A stretch of DNA of 64,000 nt, taken from NCBI RefSeq assembly GCF_006345805.1, contig NC_043008.1:47058001-47122000 (forward strand), given 5' to 3'. The translations under genes and the position numbers were made by a program. Under the pieces are notes generated by a model that saw only the letters and a program-made list of their open reading frames with translations, did no database searches and had not been told where the DNA came from. The stretch comes from Octopus sinensis. Taxonomy: Eukaryota. Shown here piece after piece: positions 63,123 to 64,000 of this stretch (within the stretch, counting starts at the first letter, position 1; each line of letters begins with the position of its first letter).

Positions 63123-63916
63123 ATTAACCTCGCATACCATTAACCTCTCGCTGAACTGCGCCTGGTTTGGGTTGTTACCACATTGTGTTGGGTAGAAATA
63201 AAGTAGGACCGAATTTAATGACTGTGGATGTCACTCAGGCAATGATACTTTTTTTCAATGTAAGATATGATGTTCTCAGCTATGTGATTATTTTCATTAT
63301 TTATTGAATTAGCATCAGCGCCCTCTTCTCTGTGCTCTTTCAACATTCACACTTACATTTAACGAGCTATATATTCTGAGCTTTATAATCATTTTCTTTA
63401 CTGTGAAATCGTTGTTTCGTTGCTCAAAGTTTTACTTTTCCTTCGTATTCCATGTTTATATGGAAATTTGTAACAGTGAATGGGTGTCATATAAACTTCC
63501 GGGCTTCCACTTCAAAACTTTCAGCATCAGAATCAAATTGGTAAATAATATTCCATAACTGGAAGTATTTTGAAAACTTTACCTGAAAGAGGTTAGTTGC
63601 CAATAAAATGTTGTTTTGAAAATTTTAGTTTTTTTGTGTTTTATCATTGGTTTTAGTGTGAAGTTAATTATAACCATATTGGTGAGGTATTTACCTGGTT
63701 TGTTAGGGATGATTATAGGTTGTCATGTGTCTCTGCACGGAACACAACATGATCCATTCAACCATAACAAAGGGATCGTGCGAATAATGACATTTAAAAA
63801 AATGGTATTTAACAGAATCCGGAGGAATTTTTAAATATGTTCAAGTAACATGAAAAATCCTGGAAGCGAATAAAATACAACTATATATATATATATATAT
63901 ATATTTAAATATACAT

Positions 63917-63963
<47 letters not shown>

Positions 63964-64000
63964 TATATCTATATATATATATATATTTAGATATATATAC

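Noticed and set aside
63350-63740. Minus-strand splice-like signals near the window end
   Set aside because: All frames hit stops quickly; it cannot be distinguished from a decayed TE or UTR.

Overview
This is eukaryotic, AT-rich, repeat-dominated DNA. The microsatellite density and the two dispersed tRNA-type SINE families resemble an octopod cephalopod genome (inference from pattern recall, not verified). No complete host gene, rRNA, true tRNA gene or CRISPR array is supported. The main content is: (1) a near full-length ~5.9 kb Tx1/L1-clade LINE on the minus strand (504-6391; zinc-knuckle ORF1 plus APE-RT ORF2), bounded at both ends by (GATA)n tracts, with ORF2 broken by frameshifts and no obvious nonsense codons; (2) a ~1457 bp near-identical tandem duplication carrying a Tc1 5' half, a SINE fragment and an RTE-like 3' end; (3) degraded mariner, CR1, RTE, R4/Dong-like and Penelope-like (PLE) remnants; (4) several 200-430 bp foldback elements and about eight hammerhead-ribozyme-like motifs, mostly tied to PLE-like ends, two of which form a near-complete type I fold; (5) a 16-bp minisatellite and a 4 kb 28-bp satellite, the latter explaining the giant spurious ORFs; (6) a TATA+Inr core-promoter candidate near 53056 on the minus strand and a few isolated exon candidates. 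All coordinates were read by eye and boundaries of degraded elements are approximate.
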